DNA from: an uncultured Planctomycetota bacterium
GTDB lineage: Bacteria > Planctomycetota > Planctomycetia > Isosphaerales > Isosphaeraceae
Length of the DNA stretch: 64,000 nt
Reading direction: 5' to 3'
Assembly (NCBI GenBank): GCA_963737655.1
Contig: CAVTTN010000002.1
Span: forward strand, 2,336,001 to 2,400,000
Every line of letters begins with the position of its first letter. Within the stretch, counting starts at the first letter, position 1. A program made the translations under genes and the position numbers. The notes below the pieces were generated by a model. It did not search any database. It saw only the letters and a list, made by a program, of their open reading frames with translations, and was not told where the DNA came from. Positions 1 to 10,030 of the stretch are shown one piece after another.

Positions 1-2
1 CG

Positions 3-848
3 TCCCTCCGCTTCGAGTCCGCGAAGCCGGCGAAAGGTCGGAACATGAACGGCATCTATGAGATGAAGGACGGCTCGCTCCGCCTCGCCTGGTTCGAGAA
101 CGGCGGCGACCAGGTGCCGACGGACTTCGAGACCAAGCCCGACCCGCCGGCCGGCCTGATCGTCCTGACCCTGACGCCCCAGGACAAGGCCCCGAAGCCC
201 GATCCCGCCGCCGAGAAGGCCGAGGAAGTCACCATCGCCCGCGCCGAGGCCAACCGCAACTTGCGGATGATCGCCCTGGCCATGCACACCTACCACAGCA
301 CCAACGACCACTTCCCGCCCGCCGCCACCCACTCGGCCGACGGCAAGCCTTTGCTGAGCTGGCGGGTCGCGATCCTCCCCTACATCGCCGAGCAGGAGCT
401 CTACGACCAGTTCCGCCAGGACGAGCCCTGGGACAGCCCCCACAACAAGGCCCTCCTCGCCAAGATGCCGCCGGTCTTCGCCCAGAGGGGCAAGCCGAAG
501 GACGCCACATCCACGATCTATCAGGCGATCACCGGCGCCGGGACGATGTTCGACGGCCCCGACGGCACGGCCATCGAGAAGATCACCGACGGCACGACCA
601 ACACGATCATGGTCGTCCAGGGAGGCACGCCCGTCCCCTGGACGAAGCCCGAGGACATCGAATACCTCCCCGGAAAGCCCCTGCCAAAAATCGCCGGCCC
701 CCTGCCCGGCGGGTTCCTCGCCGTGATGGGCTCGGGCCAGGTCCAGTTCGTTTCGAAGAAGGCCAAGGAGGCCCTGATCCGGGCCGCCTTCACCCGGAAC
801 GGCGGCGAGTTCCTCGACATCAAGGACCTCGACCCGATCGACGAGTGA
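3..848 (+). CDS. DUF1559 domain protein, 5' partial, with a TIGR03067-like segment upstream
   Basis: NLRMIALAMHTYH, LLSWRVAILPY, ITDGTTNT and PWTKP motifs; frame is open to the window edge. Confidence 0.85.
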   Translation, partial: SLRFESAKPAKGRNMNGIYEMKDGSLRLAWFENGGDQVPTDFETKPDPPAGLIVLTLTPQDKAPKPDPAAEKAEEVTIARAEANRNLRMIALAMHTYHSTNDHFPPAATHSADGKPLLSWRVAILPYIAEQELYDQFRQDEPWDSPHNKALLAKMPPVFAQRGKPKDATSTIYQAITGAGTMFDGPDGTAIEKITDGTTNTIMVVQGGTPVPWTKPEDIEYLPGKPLPKIAGPLPGGFLAVMGSGQVQFVSKKAKEALIRAAFTRNGGEFLDIKDLDPIDE

Positions 849-1119
849 GCCCGGCCCGGGATCGCCGTTGACCACGGATCACTCTCGGATCGCGCCCGAC
901 GGTCCTTCGGAGGGCAAGCCCTGGCCTGCCGATCTCGGGGGGACGGCAGCCCAGGGCCTGCCTTACCTTTCGTGGGCGCGATCCGAGAGCGAGACTCTCA
1001 CGAACTCGTCCTGGCTTGCCCCCTCTCGGCCCGACCGCGGCTACAATGGCGGTCGGGTCGGAGGGATTCCTCCGAAACGCCCTGAGCGTCTCGCGAGGCC
1101 ACGCCGAGAAGGAGAGCCG

Positions 1120-1482
1120 ATGGAGATCCTCACCGCCGAGCAACTGACGAAGAAGCAGTGCGTCCCGTGCGAGGGGGGCGTGCCGAAGCTGGCCCCCGAG
1201 GAGGCCGCCGCGTTCCTGGAGAACGTCCCGGGCTGGTCGCTCGTCCGCGACGGCCAGAGGATTCGCAAGGAGTGGCGGGTCAAGAACTTCCTGGCCGCGA
1301 TGGCCTTCTTCAACAAGGTCGCCGAGGTCGCCGAGGCCGAGGGGCACCACCCCGACCTGCACCTGGAAGGCTATCGCAACGTGGCCATCGAGATCTGGAC
1401 ACACGCCATCGGCGGGCTCTCGGAGAATGACTTCATCCTCGCCGCCAAGATCGACGCGTTGCCCCTCGCCGTGAAGGCTTGA
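1120..1482 (+). CDS. phhB: Pterin-4-alpha-carbinolamine dehydratase
   Basis: CVPCEGG, EGHHPDL, WTHAIGGLSENDFILAAKID; AGGAG before ATG 1120. Confidence 0.93.
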   Translation: MEILTAEQLTKKQCVPCEGGVPKLAPEEAAAFLENVPGWSLVRDGQRIRKEWRVKNFLAAMAFFNKVAEVAEAEGHHPDLHLEGYRNVAIEIWTHAIGGLSENDFILAAKIDALPLAVKA

Positions 1483-1538
1483 TGAAGCCCGGGGCGGGGC
1501 CGTCTCCGTCTCCCGGGGTCCATCGGCCGGAAGCGTTT

Positions 1539-1660
1539 CGGGCGGCACGGGTTCCGTCCTCGCAACCCGTGAGGGCCGGCCCACGGGTCCCGAGGACGGG
1601 ACCCGTGCCGCCCGGGAACTCGTCCGAAGAATCGTCCTCCGAGGACGAAACGGCCCCGGA
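1539..1660. repeat. Palindromic REP/MITE-like element, family B (GGGYGGCACGGGTTCCGTCC), copy 1
   Basis: Inverted repeat 1539-1614 plus a tail of about 45 nt; matches 42421-42540 in opposite orientation. Confidence 0.8.
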
Positions 1661-1821
1661 GCCCGAGGCGACGGACCTTGAAGCGTCGGCTAGAATACCT
1701 TACCTTGACCGGCCATGCGTCGATGGCGCACGAAGGCGGGGGCGGTGGGTTCTCCTCGACGAAGGGCGAGGGCGGCGGTCGCGGATCGCGACGGCCGACC
1801 CGGGAGGCGACGGAAGACACG

Positions 1822-2367
1822 ATGTACGTACCCAAGCAGTTGTTCTTCACCAAGGGCGTCGGGGTCCACCGCGAGAAGCTCTCCAGCTTCGAGCTGGCCC
1901 TGAGAGACGCCAAGATCGCCTGCTACAACCTCGTCCGGGTCTCGAGCATTTTTCCGCCGAACTGCGAAGAAGTGTCGATCAAGACGGGATTGACGAAGCT
2001 GGAACCGGGGCAGATCGTCCACGTGGTCATGAGCGAATGCGCCACGGCCGAGCCCAACCGGCTGATCGCCGCCAGCGTCGGCGTGGCGATCCCCCGCGAC
2101 CGATCGACGTTCGGCTACCTGTCCGAGCACCACGCCTACGGCCAGACCGCCAAGCTCGCGGCGGACTACGCCGAGGACCTCGCCGCCGAGATGCTCGCGA
2201 CGGTCCTCGGAGTCGAGTTCGACCCGCAGAGCTCCTGGGACGAGAAGCGCGAGATCTGGAAGATCGCCGACGTGATCTACAAGACCAAGGAGATCACCCA
2301 GACGGCCATCGGCAACAAGGACGGCCTCTGGACCACCGTGATCGCCGCCGCCGTGCTCCTGGCCTGA
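1822..2367 (+). CDS. pdaD: Pyruvoyl-dependent arginine decarboxylase
   Basis: [21 protein letters not shown] self-cleavage motif, FGYLSEHH. Confidence 0.9.
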   Translation: MYVPKQLFFTKGVGVHREKLSSFELALRDAKIACYNLVRVSSIFPPNCEEVSIKTGLTKLEPGQIVHVVMSECATAEPNRLIAASVGVAIPRDRSTFGYLSEHHAYGQTAKLAADYAEDLAAEMLATVLGVEFDPQSSWDEKREIWKIADVIYKTKEITQTAIGNKDGLWTTVIAAAVLLA

Positions 2368-2402
2368 GTCCGGGACCTCGACCCGTCGGAGGCGGTCGTT
2401 CG

Positions 2403-2789
2403 ATGGACGCGCTCCCCGAGTTGATCCGCGAGTACGCCGCCCTCCTCGATCGCTCCGCCGAGATCGAGGCGAGGAAGGACGAGCTGAAGGCGAAGATCCA
2501 GGAGGCCATGCACCGCGACGGCGTGGCCTTCGCCAACTCCCCCTTCGGCTCGGCCCGGAAGATGGCCCGGTTCAAGCTCTCGCCCAGGCCCGGGCCCGTC
2601 CTCGGCCTCCTCGAACGCGAGGACCTCCTGCCGTTCGCGAATTTCACCTCGGCCAGGGTGACCGAGCTGCTCGTCCCGAAGTATGGCCGAGAGCGATTGA
2701 TGCCCCTCTTCGACGTCGAAAAGACCGAATATTTGCTCGTGAAGAGGCCCTCCGAAGGCCGAGGGGACGACGATGGCCGACGGCGGTAG
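2403..2789 (+). CDS. Hypothetical protein with N-terminal coiled coil (128 aa)
   Basis: GGAGG SD, typical codon usage, fills the operon gap and overlaps the next gene. Confidence 0.75.
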   Translation: MDALPELIREYAALLDRSAEIEARKDELKAKIQEAMHRDGVAFANSPFGSARKMARFKLSPRPGPVLGLLEREDLLPFANFTSARVTELLVPKYGRERLMPLFDVEKTEYLLVKRPSEGRGDDDGRRR

Positions 2790-3978
2790 CCCCGACTTCC
2801 TCAGCACGATCAGCCAGCACCGGATCGCCCCCCCGGCCGTCACGGGCGCGGTCTCGGCCGCGGACCTGATCGACGGCGCCTTCCTCAGCTACAACGCCGG
2901 GAGGCTCCGCGAGGTCTGCGGCGTGTTCACGAAGAAGATGCTCCGGCCCGATTGCACGGTCGGCCTGACGCTCTCCGGCGCCCTGACGCCCGCCGGGCTC
3001 GGCATGAGCTGCCTGATCCCCCTGATCCGCGCCGGCTTCGTCGATTGGATCGTCTCGACCGGCGCGAACCTCTATCACGACACCCATTACGCCCTCGATT
3101 TGCCCCTCCATCAGAGCCGGCCGAACCTGGATGACTTCGCCCTCCGCGAGAACAACGTCATCCGCATCTATGACATCGTGTTCGACTACTCGACCCTCCT
3201 GGATACCGACGCCTTCTATCGCGAGCTGATCCGCGACGACGTGTTCGCCCGGTCGATGGGCACGGCCGAGTTCCACCACCTCGTCGGCCGGTATCTCCAC
3301 GGCCGGGCCTCGGCGCTGGGCAAGGAATCCAACAGCCTCCTCGCCGTGGCGTATGAATGCGGAGTCCCCGTGTTCACGTCCAGCCCCGGGGACAGCTCGA
3401 TCGGGATGAACCTGGCGGCGAGCGCTCTGGGCGGCGGGGCGTTGCAAATCGACACGCTCCGCGACGTGAACGAGACGGCGGCGATCGTCTGGAAGGCGAA
3501 GCAGGGCGGGGGCACGTCGGGCGTGTTGATCCTCGGCGGCGGCAGCCCGAAGAACTTCATCCTGCAGACCGAGCCTCAAATCCAGGAAGTGCTCGGCCTG
3601 GCCGAATCGGGCCACGATTACTTTTTGCAGATCACCGATGCGAGGCCCGACACCGGCGGGCTCTCCGGGGCCACGGCCACCGAGGCGATGACCTGGGGCA
3701 AGGTCGATCCCGACAAGCTGCCCGACTCCGTGACCTGCTACACCGACTCGACCATCGCCCTGCCTTTGCTCACGGCCTATTCGCTCGCGAGGGTCGGGGC
3801 CCGGCCGCTGAAGCGGTTGTACGACCGTCGCGACGCCGATTACGAGGCGCTCTGCGCCGCCTACGTCGAGGCCCAATCCGCCGACGTGCGGACCGGGATG
3901 GCGTCCCGGCAGTCGCAGGGCCGGCACTCTCACCAGGCCCCTCCCAAACATCCCGACACGATGGACCGCGATCGCTAG
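2773..3978 (+). CDS. Deoxyhypusine synthase-like protein (probable homospermidine synthesis, SpeY-like)
   Basis: [33 protein letters not shown] with catalytic Lys. Confidence 0.9.
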   Translation: MADGGSPDFLSTISQHRIAPPAVTGAVSAADLIDGAFLSYNAGRLREVCGVFTKKMLRPDCTVGLTLSGALTPAGLGMSCLIPLIRAGFVDWIVSTGANLYHDTHYALDLPLHQSRPNLDDFALRENNVIRIYDIVFDYSTLLDTDAFYRELIRDDVFARSMGTAEFHHLVGRYLHGRASALGKESNSLLAVAYECGVPVFTSSPGDSSIGMNLAASALGGGALQIDTLRDVNETAAIVWKAKQGGGTSGVLILGGGSPKNFILQTEPQIQEVLGLAESGHDYFLQITDARPDTGGLSGATATEAMTWGKVDPDKLPDSVTCYTDSTIALPLLTAYSLARVGARPLKRLYDRRDADYEALCAAYVEAQSADVRTGMASRQSQGRHSHQAPPKHPDTMDRDR

Positions 3979-3991
3979 ATCGGATCGTTTC

Positions 3992-5011
3992 ATGGACCGG
4001 CCCACCGCGATCCTGAAGGTCGATCCCGACCGTCCCGATCCCGGGCTTCTCGAAGAGGCCGCCCGGGTGATCCGGGCCGGCGGGCTCGTCGCGTTCGCCA
4101 CGGAGACGGTCTATGGCCTGGGTGCCGATGCCACGAACCCCGTTGCCGTGGCGAGGATCTTCGCCGCCAAGGGTCGGCCGTCGCGGAACCCGTTGATCGT
4201 CCACGCGAGCGACGCCGAGATGGCCCGGTCGTGCGTTGCGGCGTGGCCCGACGAGGCCGAGACGCTGGCCGATCGGTTCTGGCCCGGCCCTCTTTCGCTG
4301 GTCCTCCCCCGATCCGATCGGGTGGCCGATCTCGCGACCGCGAACCTGCCGACGGTGGGCGTGAGAGTGCCCGTTCCGGCGGTCGCTCGCGGCCTGATCG
4401 CCCGGGCCGGCGTGCCGATCGCCGCGCCCAGCGCCAATCGATCGAACGCGCTGTCGCCCACGCTCGCCGAGCACGTTTCGAGGGACCTGGATGGGCGGGT
4501 CGATCTGATCCTCGACAGCGGACCCACGACCATCGGCCTCGAATCCACGATTTTTGACGTGACGAGCCGTCCGTTCCGCGTGCTTCGGCCGGGCCCGATC
4601 ACGGCAGAGTCGCTCTCGGCGGCGATCGGGGGCGCGGAGGTCGTCTCGGCCGTCGAGGGGACCGCCTCGGACCGCCCGACGAGTCCCGGGCAACTGCCGG
4701 TCCACTACGCGCCGAGGACGCCCGCGGTGTGGCTCGAACCCGAGGAGGTCGAGGCGTTCGAGCCTCCCGAGATGACCGCGATTCTCCGGTTCGACGGCCA
4801 GGACTTTCCCGAACGTCGGGAATACGCCTTCAGTCTTTCTCTGCCCGATCCCGAGGGGGCCGCGGCCCTGCTGTACCAGAGGCTCCACGTCCTCGACGGC
4901 CTGGGGATCGACCTCATCGTGATCGTGGCGCCACCGGACCGGCCCGAATGGCGGGCGGTCCGCGACCGTCTCCGAAGGGCGACGGCCCGCGATCGCCCTT
5001 CGGGTGCATGA
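3992..5011 (+). CDS. sua5: Threonylcarbamoyl-AMP synthase (Sua5/TsaC)
   Basis: TETVYGL, KGRPSRNPLIVH, APSANRS, SPGQLPVHYAP. Confidence 0.95.
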   Translation: MDRPTAILKVDPDRPDPGLLEEAARVIRAGGLVAFATETVYGLGADATNPVAVARIFAAKGRPSRNPLIVHASDAEMARSCVAAWPDEAETLADRFWPGPLSLVLPRSDRVADLATANLPTVGVRVPVPAVARGLIARAGVPIAAPSANRSNALSPTLAEHVSRDLDGRVDLILDSGPTTIGLESTIFDVTSRPFRVLRPGPITAESLSAAIGGAEVVSAVEGTASDRPTSPGQLPVHYAPRTPAVWLEPEEVEAFEPPEMTAILRFDGQDFPERREYAFSLSLPDPEGAAALLYQRLHVLDGLGIDLIVIVAPPDRPEWRAVRDRLRRATARDRPSGA

Positions 5012-5180
5012 GACGGTCGGGTGCATGAAATGCACCGTCATGTCGGGTGCATGAAATGCACCAAAAAGCGGCGGGCGAGGCCCGCCCTCCGATCCCGGTT
5101 CGGCCTCGATTTGACCTGGGAGAGCGGGGAAGGAGGGCGGCCGAGGGCCGCCGCGGGTTGGTGCATTTCATGCACCCTAC
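5002..5180. repeat. REP cluster GTMGGGTGCATGAAATGCACC (5016, 5042, inverted 5160-5180, partial 5002)
   Basis: Repeated 21-nt palindromic units between the convergent sua5 and ruvB genes. Confidence 0.9.
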
Positions 5181-6244
5181 TCGAAGAGCCTGGGCTGCTC
5201 TTCGAGGTCCAGCTCGATCATCGGCTCGCGCAGGCCGAGGTGGCGATACGCCTTCGCGGTGGCCTTGCGGCCCCGGGGCGTGCGGACGATGAAGTGCTTG
5301 CGGAGGAGATACGGCTCGACCTCGTCGGTGAGGGTGTCCACGGCCACGCTCATGGTCGCGGCCATCGCCTCGGCTCCGGTCGGGCCTCCGTGGAAGACCT
5401 GCAAGAGCGTCTCGAGGTAGCGGCGGTCCTGCTTGTCGAGTCCCTCGGTATCGACCTCCTGCATGGCCAGGGCGTCCTGGGCGATGGTCAGGGTGATGTG
5501 GCCGTCGGCCCGGGCGGTGGCGAAGTCGCGGACCCAGCGGAGCCTCGCGTTGGCCAGCCTGGGCGTGCCTCGGCTCCTCCGGGCGAGCTCCCAGGCGGCT
5601 TCGGGCGTGACCGTGGTCTTGAGCTTCCCGGCGTTGACCTGGACGATCCGGGCGAGGTCTTCCTCGTCGTAGAATTCCAGATGCTCGTGCATGTGGAACC
5701 GATCGCGCAACGGGCCCGAGAGCATCCCGCTCCGCGTCGTGGCGCCGATCATGGTGAACTTCTTCAGGGGCAGGTTGATCGTCCGGGCGTTCATGCCCTC
5801 GCCCAGGACGATGTCCACGCGGAAGTCCTCCATCACGGGATAGATGAACTCCTCGACCGTGGCGGGGAGGCGGTGGATCTCGTCGATGAAGAGGATCGAG
5901 CCCTCGGCGGCGTTGGTCAGGTACGGCATCACGTCCGCATTCTTGGCCAGGGCCGGGCCGCTGGTCATGTTCAGCTCGACGCCCAGCTCGTTGTGAAGGA
6001 CGGTGGCGAACGTGGTCTTGCCCAGCCCCGGAGGCCCGTCGAAGAGGATGTGGGGCAGGGGCTCCTTCCTCTTCTTCGCGGCGGTCAGCGCGATCATGAG
6101 CCGTTCGGCCACGCCTCGCTGGCCGATGACCTCGTCGAGCCGTTGGGGCCGCAGCTTCTCCTCGACCGGATCGACGGGCTTCGCCTCGTCCCGTCGCCGC
6201 TTGCCCTCGTCCATCCCCCCGCCGATGATCGCTTCCCTAGCCAT
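5177..6244 (-). CDS. ruvB: Holliday junction branch migration helicase RuvB
   Basis: LRPQRLDE, GPPGLGKTT, FIDEIHRL, GATTRSG, RTPRGR. Confidence 0.97.
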   Translation of the reverse strand: MAREAIIGGGMDEGKRRRDEAKPVDPVEEKLRPQRLDEVIGQRGVAERLMIALTAAKKRKEPLPHILFDGPPGLGKTTFATVLHNELGVELNMTSGPALAKNADVMPYLTNAAEGSILFIDEIHRLPATVEEFIYPVMEDFRVDIVLGEGMNARTINLPLKKFTMIGATTRSGMLSGPLRDRFHMHEHLEFYDEEDLARIVQVNAGKLKTTVTPEAAWELARRSRGTPRLANARLRWVRDFATARADGHITLTIAQDALAMQEVDTEGLDKQDRRYLETLLQVFHGGPTGAEAMAATMSVAVDTLTDEVEPYLLRKHFIVRTPRGRKATAKAYRHLGLREPMIELDLEEQPRLFE

Positions 6245-6257
6245 GATCGCGGCCCCC

Positions 6258-6329
6258 GTAGGGTGCATGAAATGCACCATCATGTAGGGTGCATGAAATG
6301 CACCAACCAGCGGCGGGCCTCGCCCGCCC
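6258..6329. repeat. REP tandem GTAGGGTGCATGAAATGCACC x2 plus GC hairpin
   Basis: Copies at 6258 and 6284; near-direct repeat of 5016-5087. Confidence 0.9.
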
Positions 6330-6367
6330 ACCTCATCCTCTCCTCCGCACTCCGCACTCCGAGGCAC

Positions 6368-7018
6368 TCAACCCTCATCCCGAGTCTTGTAGATTGCATC
6401 GATCAGGTCGGCCACGCTCTTGTACTTCTTCTTGCCGGTCAGGGCGCGGTCGATGGCCTGCCTCGCCTGGCTCTCGTTGTGACCGACCGAGAGCAACGCG
6501 GCGAACGTGTCGCGGATCACGTCGGGCTCGGCGTTCTCGGGCTCGCCGTTGGTCGCGACGGGGTGGCGCTCGCCGTCGGCCCCGACGATCAGGGCGAATT
6601 TGCCGACCTTCCTCCTCAGCTTCGCCACGATCCGTTCGGCCGTGGCCTCGCCGATCCCGGGATACGTGGCCAGCGTGGTGACGTCCTGGTCCTGGACCGT
6701 CCTCGCCAGCTCGCGGACCGGCCGGACCATCGCGCGCAGCGCCTTGCGGACCCCCACGCCATCCACCGAGCAGAACACCTCGAAGAACTCGCGGTCGATC
6801 GGCGAGAGGAAGCCCACCAGCCTCGGCGTCATCCGCCCGCCCATCTGGTTCCCGTCGATGTAGAAGACCGTGTGGAGCACGATCATCTCGCCGAGCTTGC
6901 CTTGCAGGTGCCGCCTCGCCTGCTCGGGGATCAGCACCTCGACGTCGAACGGATCGACGGCCAGGATCAACTCCTCCTCGCCCACGCTCCGCAATACCCC
7001 GCGAACTTGTGAGATCAC
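6368..7018 (-). CDS. ruvA: Holliday junction DNA-binding protein RuvA
   Basis: VISQVRG start, HhH motifs SVDGVGVRKAL and PGIGEATAERI; upstream of ruvB. Confidence 0.93.
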   Translation of the reverse strand: MISQVRGVLRSVGEEELILAVDPFDVEVLIPEQARRHLQGKLGEMIVLHTVFYIDGNQMGGRMTPRLVGFLSPIDREFFEVFCSVDGVGVRKALRAMVRPVRELARTVQDQDVTTLATYPGIGEATAERIVAKLRRKVGKFALIVGADGERHPVATNGEPENAEPDVIRDTFAALLSVGHNESQARQAIDRALTGKKKYKSVADLIDAIYKTRDEG

Positions 7019-8042
7019 CCTCGTGCGCTCCGTCCGGGTCGATCGGGCTCGACTGGTGTTTTGTTCATCAATTGTGCCAGGAGTTCCGCCTCGTGGCAAG
7101 GGGGGTTCGCGACCTCCGTGGATTATGACGCGATCGAGCGGAAGGGCCATCCCAAGTGGTTTCGGAATGGCCGAGGGCCCTCCGAAGGGGGCGCCGGATC
7201 GAGGGCCGTGAGCCGGTGCGATGGCCCCTCGCCGTATCGTCGACGAAGCCTCGCCGAAAGCCTCCGCATTCCCCGGCGGATTCGACCCGCCGTTCGAGAT
7301 CGACCCGAACGGGGCTCGCCGTTGGGCTGGCCTCGCCGGAACGGGAGGCGGGCTTCGGCAAGACTTCGAGCATGACTCCGGGACGGCTCGATGGCGAACT
7401 CATCACGTAGCAACGTGCGACGAAGATCGAGCCCCAGCCGTTGACGACGACGACCGAGGGCGCTCGTCTCGTCCCCGATGATCGACTCGCCTTCGCTCGA
7501 CGCGACGAAGCTTGCGACGACGGCGCGGACGTCCTCGCGGACCTCGATGCGCGGAAGCCACGGGGCTCGTCGGGCAGTCTGTTTTCCTTCGGGGCCATCC
7601 GCCCTCGCGATGGGGCGAGCTTTGACGGCGCGAGCCTCCGCGCGAGGCCTCGTGTCTTCGAAAAAAACTTCGTGTGCGCGAGTTTTTTTCTCGCGCCCGA
7701 GATCGTGATGAGGCGCTCGCGAGATCGCGCGCGAAAGCGCGACGGCAGGGCGCGACGTGCGCGCTTCGACGCGGCGCATTCCCACTGTTTTTCGCTGTTC
7801 GTCGCGCTTCGATTAGTAAAATTGTATGAAATGACGTGGGAATTCGAAGGATTCCTTGGTGCGATCAGATTCGGAATTGACCGATGAGAGAGGCCATTTT
7901 CCGCATGAAAACCGAAAAAATCGGGGGATTCCGACCCGTCTTGATCTTCCCTACGGTGATATATTTCGCTAAGAACTCCTGGCGAGATCGACAACTTGGT
8001 GTCGATCGGCTGGAGTGTCTCCTGGATTGAGGGCCTGAAGCG

Positions 8043-8525
8043 ATGGCGGCGAAGAAGGCGAGCGAGAGCACCAAGGACGCGGCGACGACAACCAAGGCCG
8101 GCACCAAGAAGGCCGGGGTGAAGAAGACGCCCGTGAAGAAGGCGACGAAGGCCAAGGCCGAGACCGCCACGAAGTCGGGCACGCCGAAGGCGGCCAAGAA
8201 GCCCGCCGCCAAGGCCGCGGCGCCGGCCGCGGCGCCGGCCCCCAAGAAGGCGGCGGCGGCGAAGAAGGCGCCCGTCAAGCTCAACGACCGGCAGCTCGAG
8301 TTCCTCAAGAAGATCAAGGACTCGGGCGAGGCCGGCTACTCGATCGGTCAGAAGGTCGAGCAGCGCACGATCGAGGCGCTTCAGGATCGCAAGCTCCTGA
8401 AGAAGGGCCCGAAGAACAAGGAGACCGGCAAGCACCACTACATGCTCACCAAGGCCGGCGAGAAGCACCTCACCACCTCCGGCACGCCCGAGGGCGGCGC
8501 CGGCTCGACCACCACCGGCGCCTGA
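8043..8525 (+). CDS. Histone H1-like Ala/Lys/Pro-rich protein with C-terminal winged-helix-like domain
   Basis: KKPAAKAAAP-type N half; C half LNDRQLEFLKKI...YMLTKAGEKHL. Confidence 0.8.
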   Translation: MAAKKASESTKDAATTTKAGTKKAGVKKTPVKKATKAKAETATKSGTPKAAKKPAAKAAAPAAAPAPKKAAAAKKAPVKLNDRQLEFLKKIKDSGEAGYSIGQKVEQRTIEALQDRKLLKKGPKNKETGKHHYMLTKAGEKHLTTSGTPEGGAGSTTTGA

Positions 8526-8661
8526 GCCGGTCGCTCGCTCGCCCGCCGTCGGGCGCGATCTTCCCTCCTCATCCGACCGATCGATCCTTCCTCCAACCCT
8601 CGCCGCCCCGCCCGGGGCCAATCCCGGGCGGGGCGGGTCCGTTGGCTCGGCCCGGCTCCGA

Positions 8662-9726
8662 TCACTCGACCAGCGCCTCGTCATACAGCGACGCGCACTC
8701 GACCAGGCGGGCCGAGTCGCCGTCGTGGACGGCCATCTTGGCGCCGGCCCAGAGGCTGGCCCCGGCGAACCGGCCGTCCTTCGCCACGCAGTAGAACTTC
8801 ACGTCGAAGTTCGGCCGCCCCTTGGCGTCCTGGAGCCTCGGCGTCTTGTTCGTGGCGACGATCCGCCGGCACGCCTCGATCGTCGCGTCCTTCGGCGACA
8901 TCCCTCGCCTCAGCGCCTCGACGATCGTGTGGCTCGACAGGTTCAGCAAGTTCGCCTCGCCCCGGCCGGTCGATCCGGCGGAGCCGACGGTGTTGTCCAG
9001 GAACAGCCCGGCGCCCAGGATCGGCGAATCGCCCACCCGGCCGGGGATCTTGTAATAGAGGCCGCTCGTGGTGGTCACGCAGCCGAGGTCGCCGTGGGTA
9101 TCGAGCGCCGAGAGATGGATCGTCCCGTGCTCTCGGACGTACTTCTCCCCGAAGAATTTCCGGACCGCGGGGTCGAGCTCGTCGGCCGGGGGCGGGATGC
9201 GATCGTCGTCCTTGCTGTTGGTCTCCTTCCAGTAGAGCCAGATCTTGCGGGCCTCGTCGGTCAGCAGGTCGATCTCGGGGAAGCCGTGCATCCTGGCGAA
9301 CTTCAGGGCGCCCTCGCCGACGAGGAGGCAATGGTCGGTCCTCTTCATCACGAGCCTGGCCACGGCGGCGGGGTGCATGATGTTGCGGAGCGAGGCCACG
9401 GCGCCCCCTCCGTGGGTCGGCCCGTGCATCACGGCGGAGTCGAGCTCGACGACGCCGTCTTCGTTGGGGATGCCGCCGTAGCCGACGGTGTGATCGCTCG
9501 GGTCGGCCTCGACGATGGCGACGCCCGCGACGGCGGCGTCGGTGGGGTCGGCGCCGGCCTTGAGGAGCTCCATCGCCTTGGTCACGGCGGCCAGGCCGTT
9601 GGCGCTGGACACGGCCACGGGGCGCTTGGCGCCCACATCCTTCTGCGGGGCGGCCCCCAGGGCCGTCGAGGCGAGACTCGCGGCGGAGAGGCTCAGGAAG
9701 TCGCGACGATTCAAGGGGTCCAGCAT
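8662..9726 (-). CDS. N(4)-(beta-N-acetylglucosaminyl)-L-asparaginase family Ntn hydrolase with Tat signal
   Basis: NRRDFL Tat motif; VGYGG, HGTI (Thr nucleophile), GRVGDSP, TGRGE. Confidence 0.92.
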   Translation of the reverse strand: MLDPLNRRDFLSLSAASLASTALGAAPQKDVGAKRPVAVSSANGLAAVTKAMELLKAGADPTDAAVAGVAIVEADPSDHTVGYGGIPNEDGVVELDSAVMHGPTHGGGAVASLRNIMHPAAVARLVMKRTDHCLLVGEGALKFARMHGFPEIDLLTDEARKIWLYWKETNSKDDDRIPPPADELDPAVRKFFGEKYVREHGTIHLSALDTHGDLGCVTTTSGLYYKIPGRVGDSPILGAGLFLDNTVGSAGSTGRGEANLLNLSSHTIVEALRRGMSPKDATIEACRRIVATNKTPRLQDAKGRPNFDVKFYCVAKDGRFAGASLWAGAKMAVHDGDSARLVECASLYDEALVE

Positions 9727-9788
9727 CGGGCGAGGGCCTTCGGGTCTCGGGGCGGAGGTTGGGCTCGGACGGTGCTCGAAGATACCGT

Positions 9789-9898
9789 GGGCAGAAAGCA
9801 GTGGGCAGTGGGCAGTGAGCAGTGAGCGGTGAAGAGGAAGCCGACGGCCCGCCGTTCGTCCCTTCTGCCCACTGCTCACTGCCCACTGCTTTCGGCCC
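9789..9898. repeat. Heptamer-repeat inverted element (GCAGTGR)n ... (YCACTGC)n
   Basis: Tandem 7-mers forming two complementary arms. Confidence 0.85.
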
Positions 9899-10030
9899 CA
9901 GGCTGGCCTTGGCAATCCTGGGTCGAGCGAGTAGAGTGCCGCGCCTCTTGTCCTCGCACCTCCTCGCGAACCGTTCGGTTTGTCGTCACTTCTCTATCGG
10001 CCGCCGATCGCGGCGCGGGGCGGTACGCTC

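Noticed and set aside
5016..5062. Short direct repeats as a CRISPR array
   Set aside because: Only two adjacent units with 5-nt spacers and no cas genes; fits REP instead.
7780..7990. Replication origin
   Set aside because: AT-rich, but I saw no DnaA-box cluster and no dnaA/dnaN context.
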